From positions 1-51,989 of IMG/VR virus record IMGVR_UViG_3300031965_000042: a stretch of 51,989 nucleotides of DNA. One strand, written 5' to 3'. Both the position numbers and the translations under genes were made by a program. The notes under the pieces are model-generated. The model searched no databases and was not told the origin of the DNA. It saw only the letters and a list, made by a program, of their open reading frames with translations. This DNA comes from a virus (lineage: Duplodnaviria; Caudoviricetes). This document shows, in pieces, positions 1 through 8,805 of the stretch. The first letter of the stretch is position 1; each line of letters starts with the position of its first letter.

Positions 1-262
1 GGTCCGCGCCCGCATGTCGGCGGCCAGCAAGAAGGCCTTGGCCGATCCCGAGGTCCGCGCCCGCATGTCGGCGGCCAGCAAGAAGGCCTTGGCCGATCCC
101 GAGGTCCGCGCCCGCATGTCGGCGGCCCGCAAGAAGGCCTGGGCCGATCCCGAGGTCCGCGCCCGCATGTCGGCGGCCAGCAAGAAGGCCTGGGCCGATC
201 CCGAGGTCCGCGCCCGCATGTCGGCGGCCAGCAAGAAGGCCTTGGCCGACCCCGAGGTCCGC
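1..262 (+). repeat. 51-bp coding tandem repeat, about 5 copies, continuing from the window end
   Basis: Unit ggtccgcgcccgcatgtcggcggccagcaagaaggccttggccgatcccga starts at 1, 52, 103, 154 and 205. Variants are agc/cgc and ttg/tgg. It encodes VRARMSAASKKALADPE. Confidence 0.97.
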
Positions 263-427
263 CGCCGCCTGAAGGCTTCGCGCGCCGGCATCAAGGACGT
301 CGCCATACCGGCCTGGGTGCCGGACGATCTCCTTGAGGATTATCTCGACGTGGCGGCGGCCGCGGACGAGTTCGCCGCCGCCGCGCATGTGCGCCGTCTC
401 AAGCGCGCGATGCAGGAGGCGGCATGA
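14..427 (+). CDS. C-terminal part of a 17-aa-repeat protein whose N-terminus starts at 51678 (ORF spans the circular junction)
   Basis: Same repeat and reading as the ORF at the window end. It has a unique C-terminal tail AIPAWVPDDLLEDYLD...EAA. Confidence 0.85.
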   Translation: MSAASKKALADPEVRARMSAASKKALADPEVRARMSAARKKAWADPEVRARMSAASKKAWADPEVRARMSAASKKALADPEVRRRLKASRAGIKDVAIPAWVPDDLLEDYLDVAAAADEFAAAAHVRRLKRAMQEAA

Positions 428-1053
428 GCTCCCGCGCCTACGCGAAGATCGTGCTGCCGTCGCCGGAGCGATTTGGGTGGCTGGTGCTGCAGCTCGGTCT
501 CCTTGAGTCCGAGATTTTCCTCGCCGTGGGCGTGTGGGCCATCCGCCGGCATCGCGACATGCGCGAGCGGGGATGTGCGCATGACGATGCTGGGTGGAGC
601 AGGAGCAAGGAGACGAAGCATGGGAAAAATCCAGCCGATCGCGGGAAGCATCCGGGCGCCGGGGCTGCCGGCGATCATCGACAACACCAGAATCACCATC
701 GGGCCGCGGGAGGCCGCCGCCATCCTCGCCGCCTACGGCTACGAGAAACAGCGCGCGCTGCGGGTGCCTCCGGAGCGGGACGGCCACATCCTCACCCTGG
801 CGATGTCGATGGAGCAGGGAACGTTTCGGTCGAAGACGTCGCTCGCGTTCGGGCGCGTGAACGGCGCCCTGCATCTCGTCGACGGCCAGCACCGGCTGCG
901 CGCGGTCGAGCTCTCCTACGTGCCGATCGAGTTCTCCATCGTCGTCCACGATGTGACGAGCACGGCGGAGCTACAACAACTCTACACCACGTTCGACACG
1001 GTGATCAAAAAGCGGACGACGCCGCAGATCATCCGCTCGACCAGCCTGTTTGA
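424..1053 (+). CDS. possible small hypothetical protein; only the first ~65 codons do not overlap the next gene
   Basis: ATGA-coupled start with GGAGG upstream. The remainder is a shadow frame of the DGQHR gene. Confidence 0.3.
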   Translation: MSSRAYAKIVLPSPERFGWLVLQLGLLESEIFLAVGVWAIRRHRDMRERGCAHDDAGWSRSKETKHGKNPADRGKHPGAGAAGDHRQHQNHHRAAGGRRHPRRLRLRETARAAGASGAGRPHPHPGDVDGAGNVSVEDVARVRARERRPASRRRPAPAARGRALLRADRVLHRRPRCDEHGGATTTLHHVRHGDQKADDAADHPLDQPV

Positions 1054-1570
1054 CGACGACGTTGAGGGCATCTCGCCGGCGATGGCGAGGCTGCTCTACG
1101 ACGCGATGCCGCTGATTCTGCTCGGGTTCCGGCCGACGGCGCAGTCGATGTGGCCGGCAGCCATCCGCAACATCGATTCCAGGGTGCAGTTCGCGGTGCC
1201 GTTCAAGCCGGCGGCGCGGCTCTATCAGGATTGCCTGGAGGCGGCGCAGCGGACGGCGCCGCGGCGCTTCCGCTCGGCCGGCGCTGCGTCGGTGGCGCTG
1301 GCCGTTCTCTCCCATCAGCCGCGACAAGGCGAGGCGTTCTGGCGCTATTGCATCGCCAATGACGGGCTCAAGGTCGGCGACCCGCGGCAGACGCTGCATC
1401 TGGAGTTTCTGGCGCAGAGCGAGCGCCGGCGCGGCGGTGCTTTCGAGATCGCCTCGATCGCAGCGGCGGCGTGGAACGCTTGCTACGAGAAGCGCCCGCT
1501 CAAGATTGTGCGGGCGCAGCCGGGCCAGATTCGCATCTGCGGCACGCCCTACGGGCAGAGGCAGCGCTGA
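620..1570 (+). CDS. DGQHR-motif (ParB/Srx-like fold) protein
   Basis: Motif GALHLVDGQHRLRAV. Start chosen at ATG 620 after AAGGAG. Confidence 0.7.
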   Translation: MGKIQPIAGSIRAPGLPAIIDNTRITIGPREAAAILAAYGYEKQRALRVPPERDGHILTLAMSMEQGTFRSKTSLAFGRVNGALHLVDGQHRLRAVELSYVPIEFSIVVHDVTSTAELQQLYTTFDTVIKKRTTPQIIRSTSLFDDDVEGISPAMARLLYDAMPLILLGFRPTAQSMWPAAIRNIDSRVQFAVPFKPAARLYQDCLEAAQRTAPRRFRSAGAASVALAVLSHQPRQGEAFWRYCIANDGLKVGDPRQTLHLEFLAQSERRRGGAFEIASIAAAAWNACYEKRPLKIVRAQPGQIRICGTPYGQRQR

Positions 1571-3213
1571 TGGCCGAAGCGATCGAGATTGCGCTGCCGC
1601 TCTGCTATCCGGCGGCGGACGCGCGGGCGGTCGACGCGGCGGCGGTGGCCGCGCTCGCCGCCTCCATCGGAACGCTGGGGCTGCTGCAGCCGGTGAGCGT
1701 GCGCCGCTGCCGGAGGGAGCGTAACGGGCAGGAGGCCGACGCCTACGAGGTGCTTGCCGGCCTGCACCGGGTGAAGGCGTTCCGCCGGCTCGGGCGCGAG
1801 ACCATCCCGGCCTTCGTGATCGAGGCCGACGATCTCATCGCGGCGCTGATCCTGATCGACGAGAATCTCTGCCGCAATGACCTCTCGCCGGCGGAGCGCG
1901 CGGCGGCCACGGCGCGGCGCAAGTGCATCTACGAGCAGCTGCACCCGGAGACAAAACACGGAGAAGTCGGCCGTGGGCGGGCCAAGGATAGAGTCGCCAA
2001 CTTGGCGACTCTATCTGACGACGAGCCCGCCGAGCGCTTCACCGAGGCGACGTCGAAGGCCACCGGCCATTCGGAGCGCGCGGTGCAGCGCGATGCCAGG
2101 CGCGGCGCGGCGATCGGCGCCGAGGGGCTGAAGCGCCTCAAGGGCACGTCGCTGGACAAGGGCGAGGAGCTTGATGCCCTCGCCAAGCTGCCGGCGAAGC
2201 AGCGGGAGGCGCTGATCGACCAGGCGGCGGCCGGCAAGAAGGTCTCGGCCAAGGCGGAGGAGAAAAGGGGGCGACGCGATGCCCGCGAGGTCTCGCTCGC
2301 GGGCAGGATCATGGCGCTGCCGGAGCAGAAATTCGGCGTGATCCTCGCCGATCCGGAATGGCGCTACAAACCCTATAGCCGCGAGACCGGTCTCGACCGC
2401 GGCGCGGACAATCATTATCCGACGTCGCCCCTGGTCGAGATCATGCGCCGGCCCGTCGCCAAGATCGCCGCGGCGGACTGCATTCTGTTTTTGTGGGCGA
2501 CGGTCCCCATGCTGGCCGAAGCGTTCTGCGTGCTGGACGCCTGGGGCTTTGCCTCGTTCGTGCGCGACCCGGCGACCGGCTTTCTGGAGCCCGACAAGAG
2601 TCAGGCGCGCTACGTCTCCTCGGCGGTGTGGACCAAATACCGGCCGGGGCAAGGCATCGGCATGGGGCACTGGTTCCGCGTCGATCACGAGATCTTGCTC
2701 GTCGCCACGCGCGGCCGTGTCGTGGCGCCGGCGGAAGGGGATCAATGGCGCTCGATTTTCAATCAGCCGGCCAGTCGCGTGCATTCGGAAAAGCCCGAAC
2801 TGCCGGCGGAAATGATCGAAGCGTTGTGGCCGCACACGCCCAAGATCGAGATGAACCGCCGCGGCCCGGCGCGGCCGGGCTGGAAGGCATGGGGAAACGA
2901 GGCCACGCCCGAGCAGCCGCGAAGCGGCGTTGCGAATGGCGCAGAGATGGAATCCCAAGCGAAAGCGGAGGAGGCGGTAAGGCCCGATAAGGCGCAAGCC
3001 GAAGGGGTGATGCCGCGAGGCGAGCAAGGCGCGGACGCCGATCTCGCCGATGACGCCGCGAGTAGGCTCCCCGACGGGCGGACGCCGGGCGCAACGGAGG
3101 TCGCAGGCCGTGACAGCCGGGAGAGACCGGCACCAGATCTCAATCCGCACACCGGGCTCGAGCGCATGCCCGATCTGCCGGCGTGCCTGAAACGCGAAGG
3201 CGAGGCGGCATGA
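1570..3213 (+). CDS. ParB N-terminal domain fused to an MT-A70 family adenine methyltransferase
   Basis: ParB-like GLLQPVSV, VLAGLHRVKA and IDENLCRNDLSPAE. MT-A70-like VILADPEW, HYPTS, LFLWATVP and HSEKPE. Confidence 0.85.
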   Translation: MAEAIEIALPLCYPAADARAVDAAAVAALAASIGTLGLLQPVSVRRCRRERNGQEADAYEVLAGLHRVKAFRRLGRETIPAFVIEADDLIAALILIDENLCRNDLSPAERAAATARRKCIYEQLHPETKHGEVGRGRAKDRVANLATLSDDEPAERFTEATSKATGHSERAVQRDARRGAAIGAEGLKRLKGTSLDKGEELDALAKLPAKQREALIDQAAAGKKVSAKAEEKRGRRDAREVSLAGRIMALPEQKFGVILADPEWRYKPYSRETGLDRGADNHYPTSPLVEIMRRPVAKIAAADCILFLWATVPMLAEAFCVLDAWGFASFVRDPATGFLEPDKSQARYVSSAVWTKYRPGQGIGMGHWFRVDHEILLVATRGRVVAPAEGDQWRSIFNQPASRVHSEKPELPAEMIEALWPHTPKIEMNRRGPARPGWKAWGNEATPEQPRSGVANGAEMESQAKAEEAVRPDKAQAEGVMPRGEQGADADLADDAASRLPDGRTPGATEVAGRDSRERPAPDLNPHTGLERMPDLPACLKREGEAA

Positions 3214-4079
3214 ACGCGCCCTGGGAACCCGACGTGTGCATCTACCATTTTCCCTGCGACGATGGTTTTGCCGCCGCCTGGATCGCGCGCAAGCGCTGGC
3301 CCGACGTCGTGCTCGCGCCGACGAATTACGGCCAGCCTTTTCCAGACGTCGACATCGCCGGCAAGAACGTCCTCATCGCGGATTTTTCCTACAAGCCGGA
3401 CATACTCGCCGAGATCGCCGGCCAGGCGACCTCGATCGTTATTCTCGACCATCACAAGAGCGCCGAGGAAGACCTGGCGGGCATCGACAGCTTCAGCGGC
3501 GACTATGTGCACGTCGCGGGCGTGCTGGCGCAATGCATCGCGAACGCCGGCCGCAACGTGGTTGCCTGGTTCGACCAGGAGCGGTCCGGCGCGACGCTCA
3601 CCTGGGATTTCTGCTTCCCCACCGACCGCGACCTTTGGCATAACGAGAACCCTCATACGTGCCCGATCTGGCTCTACCTGCGCTCCTATCCGCATGACTT
3701 CGCTGTGTGGGACGAGATCGCGGCGCGGCTCGACCGGGGCGGCGCGCAGCGCGCGGCGCTGCTGCAGGAGGCGGCGGCGATCGAGCGCTTCTACGATCGC
3801 AAGCTCTCTGAAATGGCGCCCACGGCGACGCTCAAGAGCATCGGCAAATGGAAGGGCGTGCCGGTGGCGCATGCGCCATACGCCTTCGCCAGCGATCTCG
3901 CTCACGACTTGCTGCAGGTGCATCGGGATGCGCCGTTCGCCGCGGTCGTGGTCGATGCCTACGGCGCGCGCACCTATTCGCTGCGCTCGGAGGACAGCCG
4001 CCAGGACGTGAGCGAAGTCGCGCGGATATTCGGCGGAGGCGGGCACCGCAACGCCGCCGGGTTCGGGGTTCCTGCATGA
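3210..4079 (+). CDS. DHH/DHHA1 family phosphoesterase
   Basis: Motifs IYHFPCDDG, IADFSY, ILDHHKS, YSLRS and GGGGHRNAAGF. Confidence 0.88.
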   Translation: MNAPWEPDVCIYHFPCDDGFAAAWIARKRWPDVVLAPTNYGQPFPDVDIAGKNVLIADFSYKPDILAEIAGQATSIVILDHHKSAEEDLAGIDSFSGDYVHVAGVLAQCIANAGRNVVAWFDQERSGATLTWDFCFPTDRDLWHNENPHTCPIWLYLRSYPHDFAVWDEIAARLDRGGAQRAALLQEAAAIERFYDRKLSEMAPTATLKSIGKWKGVPVAHAPYAFASDLAHDLLQVHRDAPFAAVVVDAYGARTYSLRSEDSRQDVSEVARIFGGGGHRNAAGFGVPA

Positions 4080-4282
4080 GCAAGGTCCGGCTCGTCGATC
4101 TCGAAGTGTTCGTGCATCACGACCGTCCGAAGGCGGTGCTGGTCTCGCTCGACGGCGACCGCGCCAAGGCCGCCGTGTGGCTGCCGAAGGAACCAGTCGA
4201 ATTCAACGGCGACGTTCAGGTTTTCAAGACCAACGAGATCACGCTGCCGGAGGACCTGGCGCTGGAGAAAGGGTTGATCTGA
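4076..4282 (+). CDS. small conserved phage protein
   Basis: ATGA-coupled. KAVLVSLDG..AVWLPK..LPEDLALEKGLI is a pattern typical of alphaproteobacterial phage proteins. Confidence 0.7.
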   Translation: MSKVRLVDLEVFVHHDRPKAVLVSLDGDRAKAAVWLPKEPVEFNGDVQVFKTNEITLPEDLALEKGLI

Positions 4283-4764
4283 TGGCGAAGGAAACGAGCG
4301 CGGAAGTCGCGCGCAGCGCTAGCGGTTTGCTCGGCATCGAGGTCGAGGGATTGATCGCGTGGCTGGCGGCCGACGAAAAGGGATGCCTCGCGGCTATTCA
4401 TTCCGTGTCGGGATCAGCGCTGGCGCAGCACGAGCAAGAGACGGCCGCCGCGCGCGACGTGCTGGCGGAACGCAAGCGGCAGATCGAAGTCGAGGGTTTC
4501 GATGCCGCGCACGACGATGAGCACGATGCCGGTGAATTGGTAACCGCCGGCGCCTGCTATGCGCTCAACGCTGCGTGCCTGCTCAATCCCTACAACGGAG
4601 TGGCACTGGACGATCCGCCTTATGAATGGCCGGAGGAATGGGACCGTAGTTGGTGGAAGCCGCAAACCGACCCCGATTACGCTCGCCGCGATCTGGTTAA
4701 AGCCGGCGCACTAATCCTCGCCGAGATCGAGCGCTTCGATCGCGACATGGCGCGAATGCTATGA
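4282..4764 (+). CDS. conserved phage protein, possibly all-alpha NTP-pyrophosphatase (MazG-like) fold
   Basis: DVLAERKRQIEVEGFDAAHDDEH and RRDLVKAGALILAEIERFDR belong to a widespread phage domain. The fold assignment is inference. Confidence 0.6.
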   Translation: MAKETSAEVARSASGLLGIEVEGLIAWLAADEKGCLAAIHSVSGSALAQHEQETAAARDVLAERKRQIEVEGFDAAHDDEHDAGELVTAGACYALNAACLLNPYNGVALDDPPYEWPEEWDRSWWKPQTDPDYARRDLVKAGALILAEIERFDRDMARML

Positions 4765-5504
4765 GCGCGATCCTGTTCACGCCGCTGTCGGGGCGCGCGC
4801 TCGACATGCTCAATCCGCACGCGGACGACGTCGATTTCCTCGACGACATGGCCGAGATGCTGGCCAAGGAGGCGAGGTTCAACGGCGCGACGCGCGACGT
4901 CGTCTATTCCGTCGCCGAGCATTCTGTGCGGGGCGCGGAGGCGATCCTGCAGTTCACCGAGAAGGGCCTGAAATATCCTGTGCGCTTCTTCGACGACATG
5001 CACGTGCTCAACGAAGAGATCGCCTCTTACTTCCTCGTCCATGATGGGCACGAATACGTGCTCAAGGACGAGGTGACGCCGAAGAAGCGTGCGCTCGATG
5101 CCATCGCTTCGGAGTTCGGCGCGGCGTCGGGCGTGGTGCGCGAGAGTTTTGCGCGTCTGACCGAGCGCTGGGATTCCGCCATCCACGCAGCGGCGGGTCT
5201 GGCCTGGCCGGTGCCGCCCGAAATCAAGGCCGTGGTCGATCATGTCGACCGCGTGATGCTGGTCACCGAATGGCGCGACCTGCGCTCGGGCGTCGACCTG
5301 CCGGAGGGCTACCAGGACCTCGCGCCGCTCACGGAGACGATCGAGCCGTGGGGCTGGAAGGTGGCGCGCGCGCGCTTCGCCGTCCTGTGCCAGCGGCTGT
5401 TGCCGGCGCTGAAGGAGTGGGTGAGCGAGCCCCCGCCCCATCGCCGGGACAAGGTGATCGAGCTGCGGGGCGACAAAATCCAAACAGAGGAGACGGGTCC
5501 ATGA
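4761..5504 (+). CDS. HD-domain phosphohydrolase (YfbR/5'-deoxynucleotidase-like)
   Basis: Motifs RFNG, YSVAEHSV, LVHDGHEY and VDRVMLVTEWRDL. Confidence 0.82.
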   Translation: MSAILFTPLSGRALDMLNPHADDVDFLDDMAEMLAKEARFNGATRDVVYSVAEHSVRGAEAILQFTEKGLKYPVRFFDDMHVLNEEIASYFLVHDGHEYVLKDEVTPKKRALDAIASEFGAASGVVRESFARLTERWDSAIHAAAGLAWPVPPEIKAVVDHVDRVMLVTEWRDLRSGVDLPEGYQDLAPLTETIEPWGWKVARARFAVLCQRLLPALKEWVSEPPPHRRDKVIELRGDKIQTEETGP

Positions 5505-5776
5505 CGACGAAGCGAACCGAGGGCATGCCGGAGGATGTGGGGGGTGCCGGTGAGGTTGAAATCCTCATCATCCCGCGCGGCGAGTTGAGCGTGCGCGACT
5601 GTGATCTGATCGGCGAGCTGGAGGGCCAGGCCGCTGAATTGATGGCGACGATCCGGCGTTTCGGGCGTCCGGGCCGGGAGACGTCGCTCGCCATCACCAA
5701 GTTGCAGGAGGCGATCCTGTGGGCCGGTCAGGCGATCGAGTCCCGCAACACGGGCGGTCCGTTCAGCGGCGTCTGA
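5501..5776 (+). CDS. Acb2/Tad1-like helical-hairpin protein (candidate immune-signal sponge)
   Basis: The C-terminal GRETSLAITKLQEAILWAGQAI matches the RExSLAxTKLxEAxxW signature. 91 aa, ATGA-coupled. Confidence 0.65.
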   Translation: MTTKRTEGMPEDVGGAGEVEILIIPRGELSVRDCDLIGELEGQAAELMATIRRFGRPGRETSLAITKLQEAILWAGQAIESRNTGGPFSGV

Positions 5777-5810
5777 GGGACTGGCGCTGAAGGAAGGGAA
5801 GATCATCCGA

Positions 5811-6068
5811 ATGACACGACAGATCAGAGGTCTCGGCCAGGTGCTCGCACTCCTGAACCGGGGACGGTTCCGCGAGGCCGCCTTCGTCGACGGCGATCCT
5901 GTGCGCATTCCGGCGCGTCTTCGCTACCGCATCGCCGGCGGCGGGATCATGTGGTTCTACCAGCTTTATCGCTGGGAGTTCTTTCTGCGCGAGCGCGTGC
6001 GCGCCGATCTGATGAAGGCCAGTGCGGAAACGACGCTGCCGATGTTCGAGGGCTCGCCGGAGAGCTGA
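5811..6068 (+). pseudogene. truncated or chimeric DUF2303 (YfdQ-like) C-terminal remnant
   Basis: FVDGDPVRIPARLRYRI..WFYQL..TLPMFEGSP resembles the DUF2303 C-terminus. Only 85 aa. Confidence 0.55.
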
Positions 6069-6280
6069 CGGATCCTCCCGGCGGAGGCGGCTCAACACAA
6101 GAGGGATCGACGGACCTTTTCGTTGGCGCCGGCCGAAACCTCCGCCGGGGGGAGCCAAAGACAAAAAAAGAAGCCTTGGAGAAAGCGGCGGGCGATGAGC
6201 GACAAGGAGTGGGTTTTTCGGCTCGGCAAGAAGCGCGCCGGCCGCCTTCTCGACGGCGTGACGCACGACGGGCTCCCGGC

Positions 6281-6715
6281 ATGAAAGCGCTGTCGATCCG
6301 CCAACCGTGGGCCTGGGCGATCCTCTATGCCGGCAAGGACATAGAGAACCGGAGCTGGGGTCCGTCCAATCCGGGCCGCCTGCGCTTCCGCGGGCCGTTT
6401 CTCATCCACGCATCTTCGGGCATGACGCGGAGAGAATACAACGATTTCGTCGACTTCTATGTCGAACCCTACATGGAAGCGCGGGCGGCCGTCACACTGC
6501 CTCCGTTCGAGGACATTCCCTCCTTCGACGCGCTGCCGCGCGGCGGGATTGTCGGCCGCGCCGAGCTGGTCGACGTCGTGTCGTGGCACGTTTCGCCATG
6601 GTTCTTCGGTCCGGTCGGCCTGGTGATCGCCAATGCGACTCCGCTGCCGTTCCGCCCGCTGAAGGGTCGGCTCGGTTTCTTCGAGGTCGATGATGCATTG
6701 GCGGAGGCGGCATGA
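6281..6715 (+). CDS. ASCH domain protein
   Basis: Motifs MKALSIRQPWAWAI..GKDIENRSW, RGGIVG and KGRLGFF. Confidence 0.9.
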   Translation: MKALSIRQPWAWAILYAGKDIENRSWGPSNPGRLRFRGPFLIHASSGMTRREYNDFVDFYVEPYMEARAAVTLPPFEDIPSFDALPRGGIVGRAELVDVVSWHVSPWFFGPVGLVIANATPLPFRPLKGRLGFFEVDDALAEAA

Positions 6716-6981
6716 GCCGCACGGCTGAGCTTCGCACCTTTCAGGTTTTCCTGATGATGCGCGGCCGCGGCGTTCTCGTTGGCGGCGTGTCGGGTCCGTT
6801 CACTGAGCAAACAGCGCTCACGGTCGCCAGCATCGTCTATCCGTCGCTGCGGCAGACGAGCGAAGAGGGGCGCGTCTATGTCCGCTTGTGGTTCGGCGCC
6901 AGGTCGCCGGCGGCGGCGCAGGGCTATGCGTCGTTTGTGGGCGAGGACGACCGCGCGGCGCGGCGGCAGTTGGCGGCATGA
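6712..6981 (+). CDS. hypothetical protein
   Basis: ATGA-coupled on both sides. Confidence 0.55.
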   Translation: MSRTAELRTFQVFLMMRGRGVLVGGVSGPFTEQTALTVASIVYPSLRQTSEEGRVYVRLWFGARSPAAAQGYASFVGEDDRAARRQLAA

Positions 6982-7307
6982 GGCTGTCCCGCTCACGCTG
7001 GCCGGTGATGGTGGCGCTCTACGTGCACCAGGCGTTTCCGACCTCGCTGCTCGTGTCCCGGCACGGGCGCAGCCATCCCGACGGTTCGGCCGAGGGCGGG
7101 ATCTTCATCCCGGTCTCGCAGGTGTCCTGGCCGGACCGCTGGCAGAAGCAGGATTTCGAATCGTGGAAGGTGCGTGAGCGCGGTTTTCGCGGGCCCGGAA
7201 AGTTCTTGTTCGCGCTGCCGGACTGGCTGGTCAAGCGCGAGGGGCTTTCCGACTGCGCGGTGCGTTCGGCGGCGCAGCGCGACGAAGCGGAGGCGCGGCT
7301 GCTGTGA
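6978..7307 (+). CDS. hypothetical protein, possibly a distant relative of 4076-4282
   Basis: Coupled start. SLLVS..IFIPVSQV..LPDWLVKREGL resembles the 4076 protein pattern. Confidence 0.55.
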   Translation: MRLSRSRWPVMVALYVHQAFPTSLLVSRHGRSHPDGSAEGGIFIPVSQVSWPDRWQKQDFESWKVRERGFRGPGKFLFALPDWLVKREGLSDCAVRSAAQRDEAEARLL

Positions 7308-7609
7308 GCACGTATCGTCTGCGCGGATGGCAGCGGCGTCTGCGGACGGCGTTCGTGAACGTCAACCAGATCGCCGGCGAGATGATGGGCGATGGCTATT
7401 CCATCGCGCCCGACGCGCTGGCGCAGGCCGCCAGGTCGCTGCGCATCGCCGCCGACACGATGGAGGCGGCGATCGCGGTCAATCGCTCGCCGCGGGGACG
7501 TAAGGCGCACGCCTCCACGCCTGATATGATTCGCGACGCGTCCAGCCCCGGCAACGAGAAAGACGTTTCTGCGCCCGCTATCCCCGCAACTCACAGGGGG
7601 GATGCGTGA
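7304..7609 (+). CDS. hypothetical protein
   Basis: GTGA-coupled ORF tiling the operon. Confidence 0.5.
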   Translation: MSTYRLRGWQRRLRTAFVNVNQIAGEMMGDGYSIAPDALAQAARSLRIAADTMEAAIAVNRSPRGRKAHASTPDMIRDASSPGNEKDVSAPAIPATHRGDA

Positions 7610-8805
7610 GCTCCCGGCTGACCGGTCTGGCAATCGACGCCGACATGGGCACGCGGGCGCGCAAGCTCGTGCTGATCGCGCTCGCCGATGCGGCGGAGCC
7701 GGACGGCACCCGCATCTTTCCCTCCAAGGCTCGAATGGCGCGGGCGGCGCTGTGCTCGACGAAGACGGTGCAGCGCGAAATCCGCGTCATGGAGGCGGCG
7801 GGGCTGCTGCGGCTCGTCGCCGAGGCCGAGCGCTACCGCCCGCGTGAATATGCGATCGATCTCGACGTGCTGGCGGAGGTCGCTGCGGGGGGCTTCAAAG
7901 AGGTATGCGGGCGACCTCGAAATGCCGATGTCAGGGTGGACAGTGTGTCCCCCCTGCCGGAGACCAGGGTGGACATTTCGGACCCTCAGGGTGGACATCC
8001 AGATGTCCACCAGGGGGGACATCCAGATGTCCCCCAGACCCTCCCTGACCCCCCCATTGGACCCGTTGAGAGAGAGGCGCGCGCGCGCGACCCTGATTTT
8101 GGGAAGGGGAGCGAACAACCGAAAGCCGACGAGCATCCCCATGCCGATCATCCCCGTCCCTGGGAACGCGACCAGGCGTTCCTGGACGGGGCCAAGTCCT
8201 GGGGCACGATCGATTCGCTCGCCTCGTCCTGGCGGCAATGGCAAAAACTTTCGGCCGAGGACCGCGCGGCGGCGCTGCGGCGCATCCCCGGCTACCTGGC
8301 CAAACACCGGACGCGCAATGTGCGCTGCGCGTTCTCGACGTATCTGGGCGAGCGGCAGTTTGCGCTGATCGACGACCCGGAGGCGGAGGGAAAGCCGGCG
8401 CAATTCGCCGAGCTGCCGCTGCGCTCGGCGCATTGGTGGACGGTGCTGTTCGCCCGCGCTGTGCGCGGCGAGAAGATCACCAGCATGGCGCGGTTCGGCA
8501 AGTCGGGGAAGGGGATCACCGTTCCGCTGGAGGAATTTCCGTCCGATGCCGACGTGGCGGCGATGGTCAAGATCCCGGTCTGGGCCGAACGCGACCGCTG
8601 CCCTTCGCCGGAATTTTCCGCCTGGGCGCACTGGCTGCAGGAACGCTGCCGCGTCTTCGTCTCGGCCTTCGATGTGCTCTCCGGGCAATGGATCTGGGTG
8701 CCGAGCGAGTATCCCCAGCCCGAGCAGGCCGAGGGTAGCGAGGCCGTCGCGAACGGCGGAAAGGACACCGGAAACACAATCCCGCCCGACGAGGTGGGCT
8801 TGTGA
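7606..8805 (+). CDS. phage replication initiator (N-terminal winged HTH)
   Basis: KLVLIALADAA..IFPSKARMAR..STKTVQREIRVMEAAGLL, internal iterons, and position at the end of the early operon. Confidence 0.78.
   Translation: MSSRLTGLAIDADMGTRARKLVLIALADAAEPDGTRIFPSKARMARAALCSTKTVQREIRVMEAAGLLRLVAEAERYRPREYAIDLDVLAEVAAGGFKEVCGRPRNADVRVDSVSPLPETRVDISDPQGGHPDVHQGGHPDVPQTLPDPPIGPVEREARARDPDFGKGSEQPKADEHPHADHPRPWERDQAFLDGAKSWGTIDSLASSWRQWQKLSAEDRAAALRRIPGYLAKHRTRNVRCAFSTYLGERQFALIDDPEAEGKPAQFAELPLRSAHWWTVLFARAVRGEKITSMARFGKSGKGITVPLEEFPSDADVAAMVKIPVWAERDRCPSPEFSAWAHWLQERCRVFVSAFDVLSGQWIWVPSEYPQPEQAEGSEAVANGGKDTGNTIPPDEVGL
7932..8036. repeat. iterons, probable replication origin
   Basis: CAGGG(T/G)GGACA occurs four times (7932, 7965, 7987, 8011). 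Two copies form perfect dyads: GGTGGACAT-ccag-ATGTCCACC and GGGGGACAT-ccag-ATGTCCCCC. Confidence 0.75.

Noticed and set aside
1-262. CRISPR array or true terminal repeat
   Set aside because: The units are contiguous with no spacers, are a multiple of 3 and are coding. No cas genes are present. The end match reflects the contig closing inside a tandem repeat.
620-1570. Dnd phosphorothioation system suggested by the DGQHR motif
   Set aside because: No dndA/C/D/E or ssp genes are recognisable, and DGQHR proteins are common in phages.
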